In this document: one piece after another, positions 41,396 through 50,261 of the stretch
Layout: each line of letters begins with the position of its first letter
Numbering within the stretch: the stretch's first letter is position 1
Source of the DNA: a virus
Taxonomy: Duplodnaviria; Caudoviricetes
DNA: 64,000 nucleotides
Virus record (IMG/VR): IMGVR_UViG_3300028804_000002
Location: 64,001 to 128,000 of that record
Direction: 5' to 3' (one strand)
Position numbers and translations under genes: made by a program
The notes under the pieces: model-generated
Told to the model about the DNA's origin: nothing
The model's database searches: none
The model's input: only the letters and a program-made list of their open reading frames with translations

Positions 41396-42379
41396 TTAAT
41401 TTAAAGTCGATAAAAAACCAATGGTAAAATTAGCATCCCAGTCAAATATAAATGTATTTGTTTTGGAAGATTCATATATGGCCCGATAAATATTAATACC
41501 ACATTTGAATTTTACATCATCTCCAGCACTATATGTGTCAGGACTACTTAATGCTGTGAAACGTTCATTACCATTTCTTACACTTTTAGCAAGTTGATAT
41601 GGAACTCCTCCAATAATAAAACAATACTGCAAATTACTTGATGGTATTTTAGTTACAACAGTTTGGATCTCATTATAAACATCCTGATCTGTTTTTGGAA
41701 TAGCATAATATTTAGCACCGGAACATTCTACTGATTTAATTGAAGTACCTTCATACCATGATATTTTAGTATTACCACTTCCAATATCAACTACGTATGA
41801 ATTACTCCAATAATTTCTTGGTAATACAGCTCTTAAAGCATATTTACCTTCCTGTTCAGGAGTTACCCGGTTTACTACATATCCCATTTTTTCAATGGCA
41901 TCTGCTATCATTTTAGTTTTTTCATTTTTAAGAGCCCCTGAAGACATTACAAAATGAATATTTCTTCCAGCTACTCCTTTTGTTGATATATCACTTATAT
42001 ATTCTTTAAGACCTGTTTGTACATCCTGTATTGTTGCAAAGCCTTCGTAAGCTAGTGATTTACCAAACTGTTTTGATACAAGCTCCCAATTTTTATCTTT
42101 ATCCATATTAACAACAAAAGAGTTAAATCCGGATGCACCAACTTCAATAACTCCCTTATAAGTACCATTAATAGGTACTGCTGTTGTTATATTTACAGAT
42201 GAATTTGTGGTTGTATTAGTAGTACTTGCAGTTGTTGGTTCAGAGGTGGTATTATTAGTTGTTGTTTGTGTTGTAGGTGCTGTTATTTTTGGTTGTGGAT
42301 GCTTATAATCATAATACTTCCATCCTCCTAATCCTGCAAGTAATAAGACAATTGCAGCTCCAATAATTTTTTGATTCAT
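41396..42379 (-). CDS. Membrane-anchored ASKHA-fold phosphatase (Ppx/GppA or NTPDase-like)
   Basis: N-terminal TM, Thr-rich linker, IEVGASG, SSG, EQEG, VVDIGSGNTK. Confidence 0.7.
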   Translation of the reverse strand: MNQKIIGAAIVLLLAGLGGWKYYDYKHPQPKITAPTTQTTTNNTTSEPTTASTTNTTTNSSVNITTAVPINGTYKGVIEVGASGFNSFVVNMDKDKNWELVSKQFGKSLAYEGFATIQDVQTGLKEYISDISTKGVAGRNIHFVMSSGALKNEKTKMIADAIEKMGYVVNRVTPEQEGKYALRAVLPRNYWSNSYVVDIGSGNTKISWYEGTSIKSVECSGAKYYAIPKTDQDVYNEIQTVVTKIPSSNLQYCFIIGGVPYQLAKSVRNGNERFTALSSPDTYSAGDDVKFKCGINIYRAIYESSKTNTFIFDWDANFTIGFLSTLN

Positions 42380-42408
42380 GATTTTTAATTTAGTGTGTTT
42401 ATAATAAT

Positions 42409-42440
42409 AAGAAGTCTGTCCTATTACAGACAGACTTCTT
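42409..42440 (-). terminator. Perfect 12-bp hairpin
   Basis: AAGAAGTCTGTC-N8-GACAGACTTCTT. Confidence 0.6.
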
Positions 42441-42465
42441 GATTTGGCTTATTCAGCCGGCCAGG

Positions 42466-42807
42466 TCATTCTTTTTTTCTTATATTATATATAGGAGAGC
42501 CTCTGCATCCACAACTGTTTAGTGGAATAGCTATTTCAGCTAAATCAGAACCTACATTGCTGAATTCAACTTTGTTGCTACCTATATCAGGTACAATAAA
42601 ATCAACATTTGCAGCATCATGGTTATTAACCAATGTAATGATTTTAGATTCTCCTTGTATGAGATCTATGTTATCTACATATTTCTTCATATCAAAATAA
42701 GAACCTACATCATTTTCAAAAGGTTCGCTCTTTGAACTGTTAGGCGCTCCGATAAATAACAAAGAAATACACAAGATAACAAATCTTGATCCTGTAATTC
42801 TCTTCAT
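42466..42807 (-). CDS. Secreted small protein with C-terminal RGSP motif
   Basis: Signal peptide-like N-terminus; CGCRGSP. Confidence 0.6.
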   Translation of the reverse strand: MKRITGSRFVILCISLLFIGAPNSSKSEPFENDVGSYFDMKKYVDNIDLIQGESKIITLVNNHDAANVDFIVPDIGSNKVEFSNVGSDLAEIAIPLNSCGCRGSPIYNIRKKE

Positions 42808-43664
42808 TGTTTCCGGATTTGGTGATATTTAGTCATTAATAATGGACGTGAGTTTTATCCTTGACTAAAATTAATTCTCACTAAAAGATTCCTGGACTTT
42901 TTTGATATTTTGAAGTTTCTGGCGGATGCCCTATTTTTTCAACAATTTCAGCTAAATATCTAGTATTATCAATTGATTTTAGTACTCCTTTTATTTCACT
43001 TAAGCAAATGTAATCATCCAATCTATCATCAAACATACAATCTTGGTTATATTTTTTAATAATAACCATTTCAATCAATGTTCTTTCTGGACTAAATTTA
43101 CATTCAATATCATGTATAAACAATCTTACACAAAATCTTCTTGATTTAGATGGATTAAATATTGTCGGAAATTTTCTTCTGAAGCTGTTATAAAGTAATC
43201 CTCTTAAATCATCATTATCCATTTTAATGATAGTATTGATTTTTAAAGGATTTGTAACAGTATCATTATAATCTTTAATTGCTTCTAATACTTTTTCTCT
43301 TACACTTTTATATTCACTCATTTTATTTTTTCTTATATTCTGACAAATCCAATTGCATACAATAATTATCACCTGTAAAGTAATTAATTTACAAGTTTAA
43401 ATGTTCTTATAATATCTTCATCATTATTCCATTTAGTCATAGCTGCTCTATCTGTATAATAATCAGTTATAGGATATTTTGGAGATACAGTAAATATACC
43501 TTCGGTAGTATCTATTTGATCTGTACCTTTTATACTTATAAATTTATTACCAAAAAATTCTTTAGCTGCATTAGCTAATGGACAATTTTTACCATCATAA
43601 TAAAAATTTCCAAATTTAATATGCTTTACTTTCATTTCAATTTCATTCATAATAATATTTTTTG

Positions 43665-43738
43665 TGATCCGGATTGGATTCGAACCAATGGCCCTCAGCT
43701 TAGAAGGCTGATGCTCTATCCAACTGAGCTACCGGACC
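43665..43738 (-). tRNA. trnR: tRNA-Arg(UCU)
   Basis: GGTCCGGTAGCTCAGTTGGATAGAGCA-TCAGC-CTTCTAA-GCTGA...GTTCGAATCC..CCGGATCA. Confidence 0.97.
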
Positions 43739-43785
43739 AATTATGAAATTATTTAAATTTAAATTAATAATTAATTATTCCAAAG

Positions 43786-43871
43786 TACTGATAAGAGGAA
43801 TTGAACCTCCACTCGCATTACTGCGAACAGGATTTTAAGTCCTGCGTGTCTACCAGTTCCACCATATCAGC
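43786..43871 (-). tRNA. trnL: tRNA-Leu(UAA)
   Basis: CAGGA-CTTAAAA-TCCTG, long variable arm. Confidence 0.97.
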
Positions 43872-43874
43872 ATG

Positions 43875-43948
43875 TGGACCCACCTGGGCTCGAACCAGGG
43901 ACCCGCAGATTATGAGTCTGCTGCTCTAACCGGCTGAGCTATAAGTCC
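43875..43948 (-). tRNA. tRNA with CAU anticodon, probably Ile2 (elongator Met not excluded)
   Basis: GGACTTATAGCTCAG...GCAGA-CTCATAA-TCTGC; paired G1-C72, no triple GC initiator pairs. Confidence 0.9.
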
Positions 43949-44004
43949 AGATTAAAAATGGAGCTGACTCCCCAGCCAGCTCCTTTGGTGATAAAAATCC
44001 TGTT

Positions 44005-44241
44005 TTATACAGGCACACTCTTTAAATTTCTTGAACCTCTTGCAGGTATAGGTCCATGCCCAAATGCAGCACTAGCTGATATAGGTGTACCTACTTTATT
44101 TCTTCTGTAAGATGGAGAACATACTGTACAAGCAGCTTGTCCGTTTTTGTTAACATTATGTACTCTCATTCCTTTACCATACATTTTATCCTGGTCTTCA
44201 TGTTGACAGGTACAATGCAAAATTTCTGTTCTTTCAGCCAT
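44005..44241 (-). CDS. Small Cys/His metal-binding protein
   Basis: CTCQHEDQD.MYGKGMRVHN...CTVC; start reassigned to MAERT. Confidence 0.7.
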   Translation of the reverse strand: MAERTEILHCTCQHEDQDKMYGKGMRVHNVNKNGQAACTVCSPSYRRNKVGTPISASAAFGHGPIPARGSRNLKSVPV

Positions 44242-44251
44242 AATAGGTTTT

Positions 44252-44341
44252 TTAAATCCAGTAAAATCTACCACAACACCATACACCTATTGATTGTTTT
44301 GGTGGAGGTGGCGGAGGATTAAAAATTGTTACGCATATCAT
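44252..44341 (-). CDS. 29-aa hexaproline micro-ORF
   Basis: MICVTIFNPPPPPPKQSIGVWCCGRFYWI; Pro codons vary only at third position. Confidence 0.45.
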   Translation of the reverse strand: MICVTIFNPPPPPPKQSIGVWCCGRFYWI

Positions 44342-45098
44342 ATTTGGTAACTTTTTTCAGTTCAAAATTACAATTAGTCCTGTCCAGTACCTTCATAAAA
44401 GATATTAGAATTCAGGATATCACTACTTAAAATAACTTTAACCATTTTCGTTAGTTTTAGAAGCTTTTTTTATTTTTTTATTATGATCTTTCATATCAGC
44501 AATTCTAAAAAGGGGTAACCACCAATATAAAAAGATTAATCCATATATATGAGCTGGTGATTTTGCTACATCTATAAAAGATTTATCTCCTAATGTTGAT
44601 ATACAGAAAGATAATAATAAATAACCTAAAAAGCCAATTAATAAATACTCCAGAAACATTCTGAAGTTTGAATATTTTTGCATCTGTTTTGTTTTAAAGT
44701 CCCGTATAGTAAGAAATAACTGTATAAAGTATGCCTACACAACCTAACCATGCTACTGCTACAAATATATAGAATATTGTTTTATCTGTAGAGTTCATCT
44801 TGGAAGGCATAGTCATTATTATTCTATACAAACAATAGATACTAATTGGTATTAATAAAGATAACATAAGAAGTTTATTTAAGAGGTTAATTTACATATA
44901 AAGTCAGCAATAATACCATCATATCCTATTAGCCAGATATTTGGTCCTATTTTTATTATATACATAATAATAGAAATTTAATGGGGGCAGCTCATAGTGA
45001 TAAATTGACCTGCAGCAACAGATTTATACCTATAATAAAAGATAAGCCCCTAAAAGGCTAGTGTTATACGACACATCTTTCACTTGTATTATACTTTA

Positions 45099-45575
45099 CT
45101 ATGAGCTGTAGTTATTTTTAAGAAATTCTTTATGAATAAGTACGTCAGGCTCAAATTTTAGACTTTTTTCATTATAGCCAGAACTTATTATTAAATAATC
45201 TACTTTATTCACTTTAATATTTTGCATATCTTTATAAATAGCATTTAATGTTTTTCCACTTGACATGAAATCATCTATTATTATTTGTAAAGCTATACTA
45301 TGTCTATATGAATAGTAACTACATTGGTGAGATTGTTCATTCGGTTTTTTTACATGACATATTTTACATGCATAATTATTTTTGAACAATATATAAGAAA
45401 ATATACCAGCAATTAAAGCTCCACTCCCACCTCTACACCATATATTACATGGACGTTTATATTTATTGTGTTTTATAAATATTTCTGCTGCTTCTTCTGC
45501 ATATTTTATTAAACTCGGAGGATCATCGCCAGTGGGGTAGGTATCAATAATATTGTTGATAATAAGATGTTCCAT
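45099..45575 (-). CDS. Type I phosphoribosyltransferase-like protein
   Basis: CRGGSGALIA, PRPP loop IIDDFMSSGKT. Confidence 0.8.
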   Translation of the reverse strand: MEHLIINNIIDTYPTGDDPPSLIKYAEEAAEIFIKHNKYKRPCNIWCRGGSGALIAGIFSYILFKNNYACKICHVKKPNEQSHQCSYYSYRHSIALQIIIDDFMSSGKTLNAIYKDMQNIKVNKVDYLIISSGYNEKSLKFEPDVLIHKEFLKNNYSS

Positions 45576-45577
45576 AA

Positions 45578-45673
45578 GAAGAATTAGATAAATGTACTTT
45601 ATTATGCTCTAATTGTCATAGAGAAGAGCATGAAAAATTGAGGTCACAGTTGGATTCGAGCCAAGATAAGTAG
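45578..45673 (+). pseudogene. C-terminal remnant of HNH endonuclease, antisense to tRNA-Cys
   Basis: EELDKCTLLCSNCHREEH. Confidence 0.7.
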
Positions 45674-45711
45674 TTTTGCAAACTACGACATAACCACTCT
45701 GACATGCGACC
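45641..45711 (-). tRNA. trnC: tRNA-Cys(GCA)
   Basis: GGTCGCA/TGTGACC, U73, GTAGT-TTGCAAA-ACTAC; T loop CTCGAAT (C54). Confidence 0.88.
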
Positions 45712-45718
45712 AAACATG

Positions 45719-46107
45719 GCTACCCTGGATATAAAGTCCAAGGTAGCTTTGTGTTCTACTTACCTTAGTAAGCATAAGGTATAGTCATTTACCTCAATTT
45801 ATATAAAAATATAAATTAAATGCACAGGTATAAACCATTTATGACTATTTATGAGGTTAAATACTCAAAGCCTCCCATATTGAAATATGGTCAGATAACG
45901 ATTGCTTGTAACAAACATCTGCTTAAAATATACCAAGTTGAGTATTTAATAATTTAATCTGAATGTCCCTACTATAGACCAATCCTTTAAACAGATAAGT
46001 AAATGCTCGCAATACACGCTAACTAGTATTAATGTATATTTTGATTAATTTAAGTTCTGACCAGTTTTAGGCTGGGACAGTCTATAGTAGAGATAGCACA
46101 AACAGAT
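45719..46107 (-). ncRNA. Cassette of ~4 stem-closed RNA domains
   Basis: Closing helices at 45719/45747, 45781/45848, 45857/45949, 45969/46090. Confidence 0.45.
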
Positions 46108-46495
46108 ATCCGTAGATTATTTTAATTTTTTGTTCCAATTTTATTTAAGAGACTATTATCTACCATATAATCTCCAAAATCAGAGGTATCAAATTCATCT
46201 TTTAATTGAGGAATTTCTACAATTTCATCATATTTATCCTTAATGGCTCCTATTATTGTTTCAAATGTATTAGAGTTAATATGAGCTTTTATAGTATTTA
46301 ATCTCTGAGTTTGTTCCTGAAACCATTTTGGATTTTTTAATTTAATGTATTTGAAAGCTGTCGGCAAATGATGGGTCATTAATTCAGTATCACATACATG
46401 ATTTAATATATCATATACATCATCAATAGTATTTGATAATCTTCCATCAATTAATGAAAATAATTGAAGAAAAGTAAAATTTTTTTTCATAAGAA

Positions 46496-46873
46496 CTATT
46501 TTAACAGTGGTAATAGAATAGGATTATTTACCCAGCAGTAATCAAGGGAGGCAATTAATACTTCATTTTTATAGAGAGGTGGTTTAATTATAGCTTTATA
46601 TCCTATCAATTTGAATTGAAAAAATTGAGAAATTGCTTTTGACAATGTTTTATGCATTTCTTCACAACTACCCGATAAGTTTAATTTTTGAATTATTTCA
46701 TCAATTTCTTCATGTTTTACAATAAATCCATTCTTATCAAGTTCTATATTATCATAAAAAAGTAGTTTTATTTCATACTCATATATTTGCTTACCAACTT
46801 TTACACATTGATTAGGAGTATCTTTACTTCGAATAAATTGACCATTTCTAGTCATAATATAAAAACTAGTCAT
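46496..46873 (-). CDS. Possible degenerate QueD/T-fold protein
   Basis: QC..G..YEYEI...LDKNGFIV..EEID...SCEE pattern; catalytic His residues absent. Confidence 0.35.
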   Translation of the reverse strand: MTSFYIMTRNGQFIRSKDTPNQCVKVGKQIYEYEIKLLFYDNIELDKNGFIVKHEEIDEIIQKLNLSGSCEEMHKTLSKAISQFFQFKLIGYKAIIKPPLYKNEVLIASLDYCWVNNPILLPLLK

Positions 46874-47920
46874 GATGGATTAAGACTTTTTTGGGTTTGT
46901 AAAATTGATGCTTTAAAATCAGGTATATAATCCTGAAGATTTTGAAATTTAAATTCTGACCTTATTTGAGCAGGAGTTCCATAATGAGTTTTAATTATTT
47001 GGGATTTTGGTTTTGTACTTATATCCTGTTTCATAAGAATTTTAATTATATGGATAAACAAGTCCAGCTATTATTAAAAACATTAAACATAACAAAAAGT
47101 ATATAGTAGATTTTGTATTTTGATCACTTTCATATTGTATACCGGATACAATAAGAGAAAGAATAGCACATGCTATAAACATCCAAAATATTATCATAAA
47201 TTTAGATTTTAATATAAAATTTGACTAATAATTTATTTTATTAATTGTATTAAAAATAATTAAAATTAATTTAAAAAATTAATTTCTTCTATCTTTTATA
47301 TATATTTTAATAAAATAAATTATTATAAATATTGATAGAGGACCACATACTGTTATCACTAAAAGTTGCATAATAGTAAGTTGAATATCGTTATAATCTT
47401 CATATTGCATCAAATTAGGCCATTTTTTATTTATAGCTATTGAAGTAATATATAAAAACAGTCCTATTCCAAACCATAATAGTGTTTTCTCAATTGGTGT
47501 CATTTGTTGGTATTTTACAGTTATCTGGATCAAAATTCCATGCACAAAATCTACCTAATAATATACCTAATATCCCAGATGCAATATAATATAAGATAAG
47601 CTTGAAAGAGCTATTTATAAAATCATATCCATTATAATTCTCTATTATTAAAAATATTATGGTATAAGTTCCTAAAAATATAGGTAAGGCAAGAACTATT
47701 AAAGCTAAAAAAGTTGATTTCATGATGGTTTTTAATGTTTTACAAATTCAAAAATGAGGTTTAATATACCCCAAGCCATATAAAAATATAAGAATATTGT
47801 GAAATGTCTTTGAGGATGATTAGGATTCCATCTGCTCAAATATCCCTTCCAAGTAAATAATTTTATGTAAAATAAATTAAATAGAATTACTATTATAAAA
47901 CTGGTCATTTTAAAAAATAA

Positions 47921-47952
47921 TTTGGTAGATTAATATATTTTTAGTATATTAA
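47921..47952 (+). promoter_or_regulatory. Promoter TTTG-N20-TATATTAA of HNH gene
   Basis: 4 nt before ATG 47957. Confidence 0.65.
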
Positions 47953-47956
47953 ATCT

Positions 47957-48526
47957 ATGAAAATATGTAGTAAATGTAAAATAGATAAAGAATTATCTGA
48001 ATTTACAAAATCTAAGAAAAAAGTAGATGGTTTAAATAATTATTGTAAAACTTGTTGTAGAGAAATGCATGTAATATGGAGAGATAAAAGAAATTCTCCT
48101 AACTATAAAAGAAAAATGCCAATAAATATGCAATCTCCAAAAAGACCTGAATTTTGTGGTGAAAATAACCCTAATTGGAAAGGTGGTAGAACCAAATTAT
48201 CTGTGCTAATTAAATCACTCGCAGAGTATCATCAATGGAGACAAAATATCTATATTAGAGATGATTATAGATGTCAAATATGTGGTATAAGAAATGGAGA
48301 GCCTCATCAAATAAAATTAGATTGTGATCATATTTATCCATTTAGTAAAATTATGGAGGATTATGATATACAATCAGTAGAGGATGCTTTGAATTGTCCA
48401 GAAATGTGGAATACTGAGAATGGTCGCATTTTATGTAGAAAATGTCATATTGCTACAGATACTTATGGCTTAAAATTTAATGAAGGGTATAAGAAATGTG
48501 AAAATTATATGAAAAGTAAGACATAA
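47957..48526 (+). CDS. Free-standing HNH homing endonuclease (antisense to neighbours)
   Basis: CSKC..CKTC, GENNPNWKGG, RDDYRCQICG, DHI, NGRILCRKCH. Confidence 0.92.
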   Translation: MKICSKCKIDKELSEFTKSKKKVDGLNNYCKTCCREMHVIWRDKRNSPNYKRKMPINMQSPKRPEFCGENNPNWKGGRTKLSVLIKSLAEYHQWRQNIYIRDDYRCQICGIRNGEPHQIKLDCDHIYPFSKIMEDYDIQSVEDALNCPEMWNTENGRILCRKCHIATDTYGLKFNEGYKKCENYMKSKT

Positions 48527-49087
48527 ATCATCAATTACTTTAGACCTAGGTAGTATTACATTATATAGGTAAATAAAATGAAGTGGGCTATTTTTTGTTA
48601 AATAACCCACTTTTCAACCACTACTAGACTACCGAGATTGTTCCTTAACCATTGCCCATATCCATAAACAAAGTAAGAGAGCATTGATTATACTCAAAAT
48701 AACAAGTAAAACTAAACCTATCCAAAAAATGACATTCCACCATGATATTATTGCTATTAAAGAAATAACTGCAAATATAGCAGATTTTCTCATACTATCA
48801 ATAACATCTTTAATGGTAAGTATAAGACCTAAAAAAGAAAATAAAGCAATTGCTAACATACTTATTCAATTTTAACTATTAATCTTATTATTAAAATAGA
48901 GCCGTCCTATAGAAATAGGATAGCTTTGTACTACGGCCCCGTAGTAACTGATAGTAATTTAATGTGATTTAGAGAGATATCTTTGGTGGTAGTATTAAAC
49001 TACCACCGCCGATATCATATAAGCCGTAAACGAGTAACAGCTATTTCTTGTATCAAAGGTGTGGTTTTACACAATCCTTTTAATTTT

Positions 49088-49441
49088 TTAATCAATATTA
49101 ATAAATGCATTTATTATTTCACCATCAGCAAATACTCTACCCTCTGTAAAATATCCATTTTCAAAAGCTTTTTGTATATCTTCTGGTTTATACCAATGAT
49201 TTTCATCTCTTACAAAGTATTTAATTTCTGTATTAGATACAATCCATCCTTTAGATGATTTAGATACATTATAAGTGTCAAAAAGCTTTTGAAATATTCT
49301 TGTAATTGCAGATGTAGAAGCAGCTATCAGAGCAGTATCCCAATGTGGAAATATACCTGATTTTTTGTGGAATTCTATTTTTTGATTTGCATCTAATAAT
49401 TTCCACCATTTTAAAGCTCTTGTTCTTAATTCTATATTCAT
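49088..49441 (-). CDS. Hypothetical protein, WWxxL...ASTS family
   Basis: Shares domain with 52637-52891. Confidence 0.7.
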   Translation of the reverse strand: MNIELRTRALKWWKLLDANQKIEFHKKSGIFPHWDTALIAASTSAITRIFQKLFDTYNVSKSSKGWIVSNTEIKYFVRDENHWYKPEDIQKAFENGYFTEGRVFADGEIINAFINID

Positions 49442-49842
49442 AGTAGTAAATTTAAAAAATATGGTTATATCTGCCTTTCATGTTTACTGGCGATGAACCC
49501 AGCAACCTAATCCAATTAGATAGGAAAACCTCACAACCAGCTCTTATCTTCAGCATCATCTGTTAAGAATCAGAGCTAGTTATTACTAACCTTTTATCAT
49601 ATTACAAATAGGATTGATTAATCTCATTTGTCTTTCATTAAATACTACTACTTGATTTATATAGGCTTCGGGAGTAAAACATTGTCCATTCCACCAAATA
49701 GTATTATAATTCCAATTCTCCTGAATACTAATAGTATGATTAACCATGCCATCAGCTGTTATTCTAAATTGGTCACCATGCTTGGCTCTGTTGAGATTTT
49801 GTACACTAAGTTCCATAAAGCATAGTCTATTTAGGAAATTTT

Positions 49843-50229
49843 TTAGGTTCTTCTTCGTGAGTATATAGTAGCCGTAACATTTATGATTGCCAAACATGTT
49901 TGAATGATAATCCAAACTTCCTGATAACTTAATGTCCCCATGCCATACATTACGGGAGATGGATTAAACCATCCTCCAATACCCACAGACATAAGTATAA
50001 AGCCCATAATACCAGCAAAAGTGGCCTTATAGGAGTAAATTTCTCTGAAAGATACCACTCCTATACTACGGATATGAGCCTTAAACAGGAAATTTACCAC
50101 AATACTCAAGAGAGCAAAGGGTAAATCAAACACGAAGAGTATTCCACAAATGAAGCCAGCTCCCAATCCTTCTTTATGGTTAGGATTAAAACCAGACATA
50201 TTAAATGCCAAAATAAGTCTTTGTTTCAT
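49843..50229 (-). CDS. Multi-pass membrane protein
   Basis: Three hydrophobic segments. Confidence 0.65.
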   Translation of the reverse strand: MKQRLILAFNMSGFNPNHKEGLGAGFICGILFVFDLPFALLSIVVNFLFKAHIRSIGVVSFREIYSYKATFAGIMGFILMSVGIGGWFNPSPVMYGMGTLSYQEVWIIIQTCLAIINVTATIYSRRRT

Positions 50230-50261
50230 AACATGAATTTTGGTTGAGTTATAAAGAATAT

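Noticed and set aside
44300-44314. CCGCCACCTCCACCA resembles a tmRNA 3' end or att core
   Set aside because: No T arm upstream and no integrase; better explained as Pro codons
47724-48628. Group I intron around the HNH gene
   Set aside because: No interrupted host gene or P7 core seen; the HNH has its own promoter and is antisense to its neighbours
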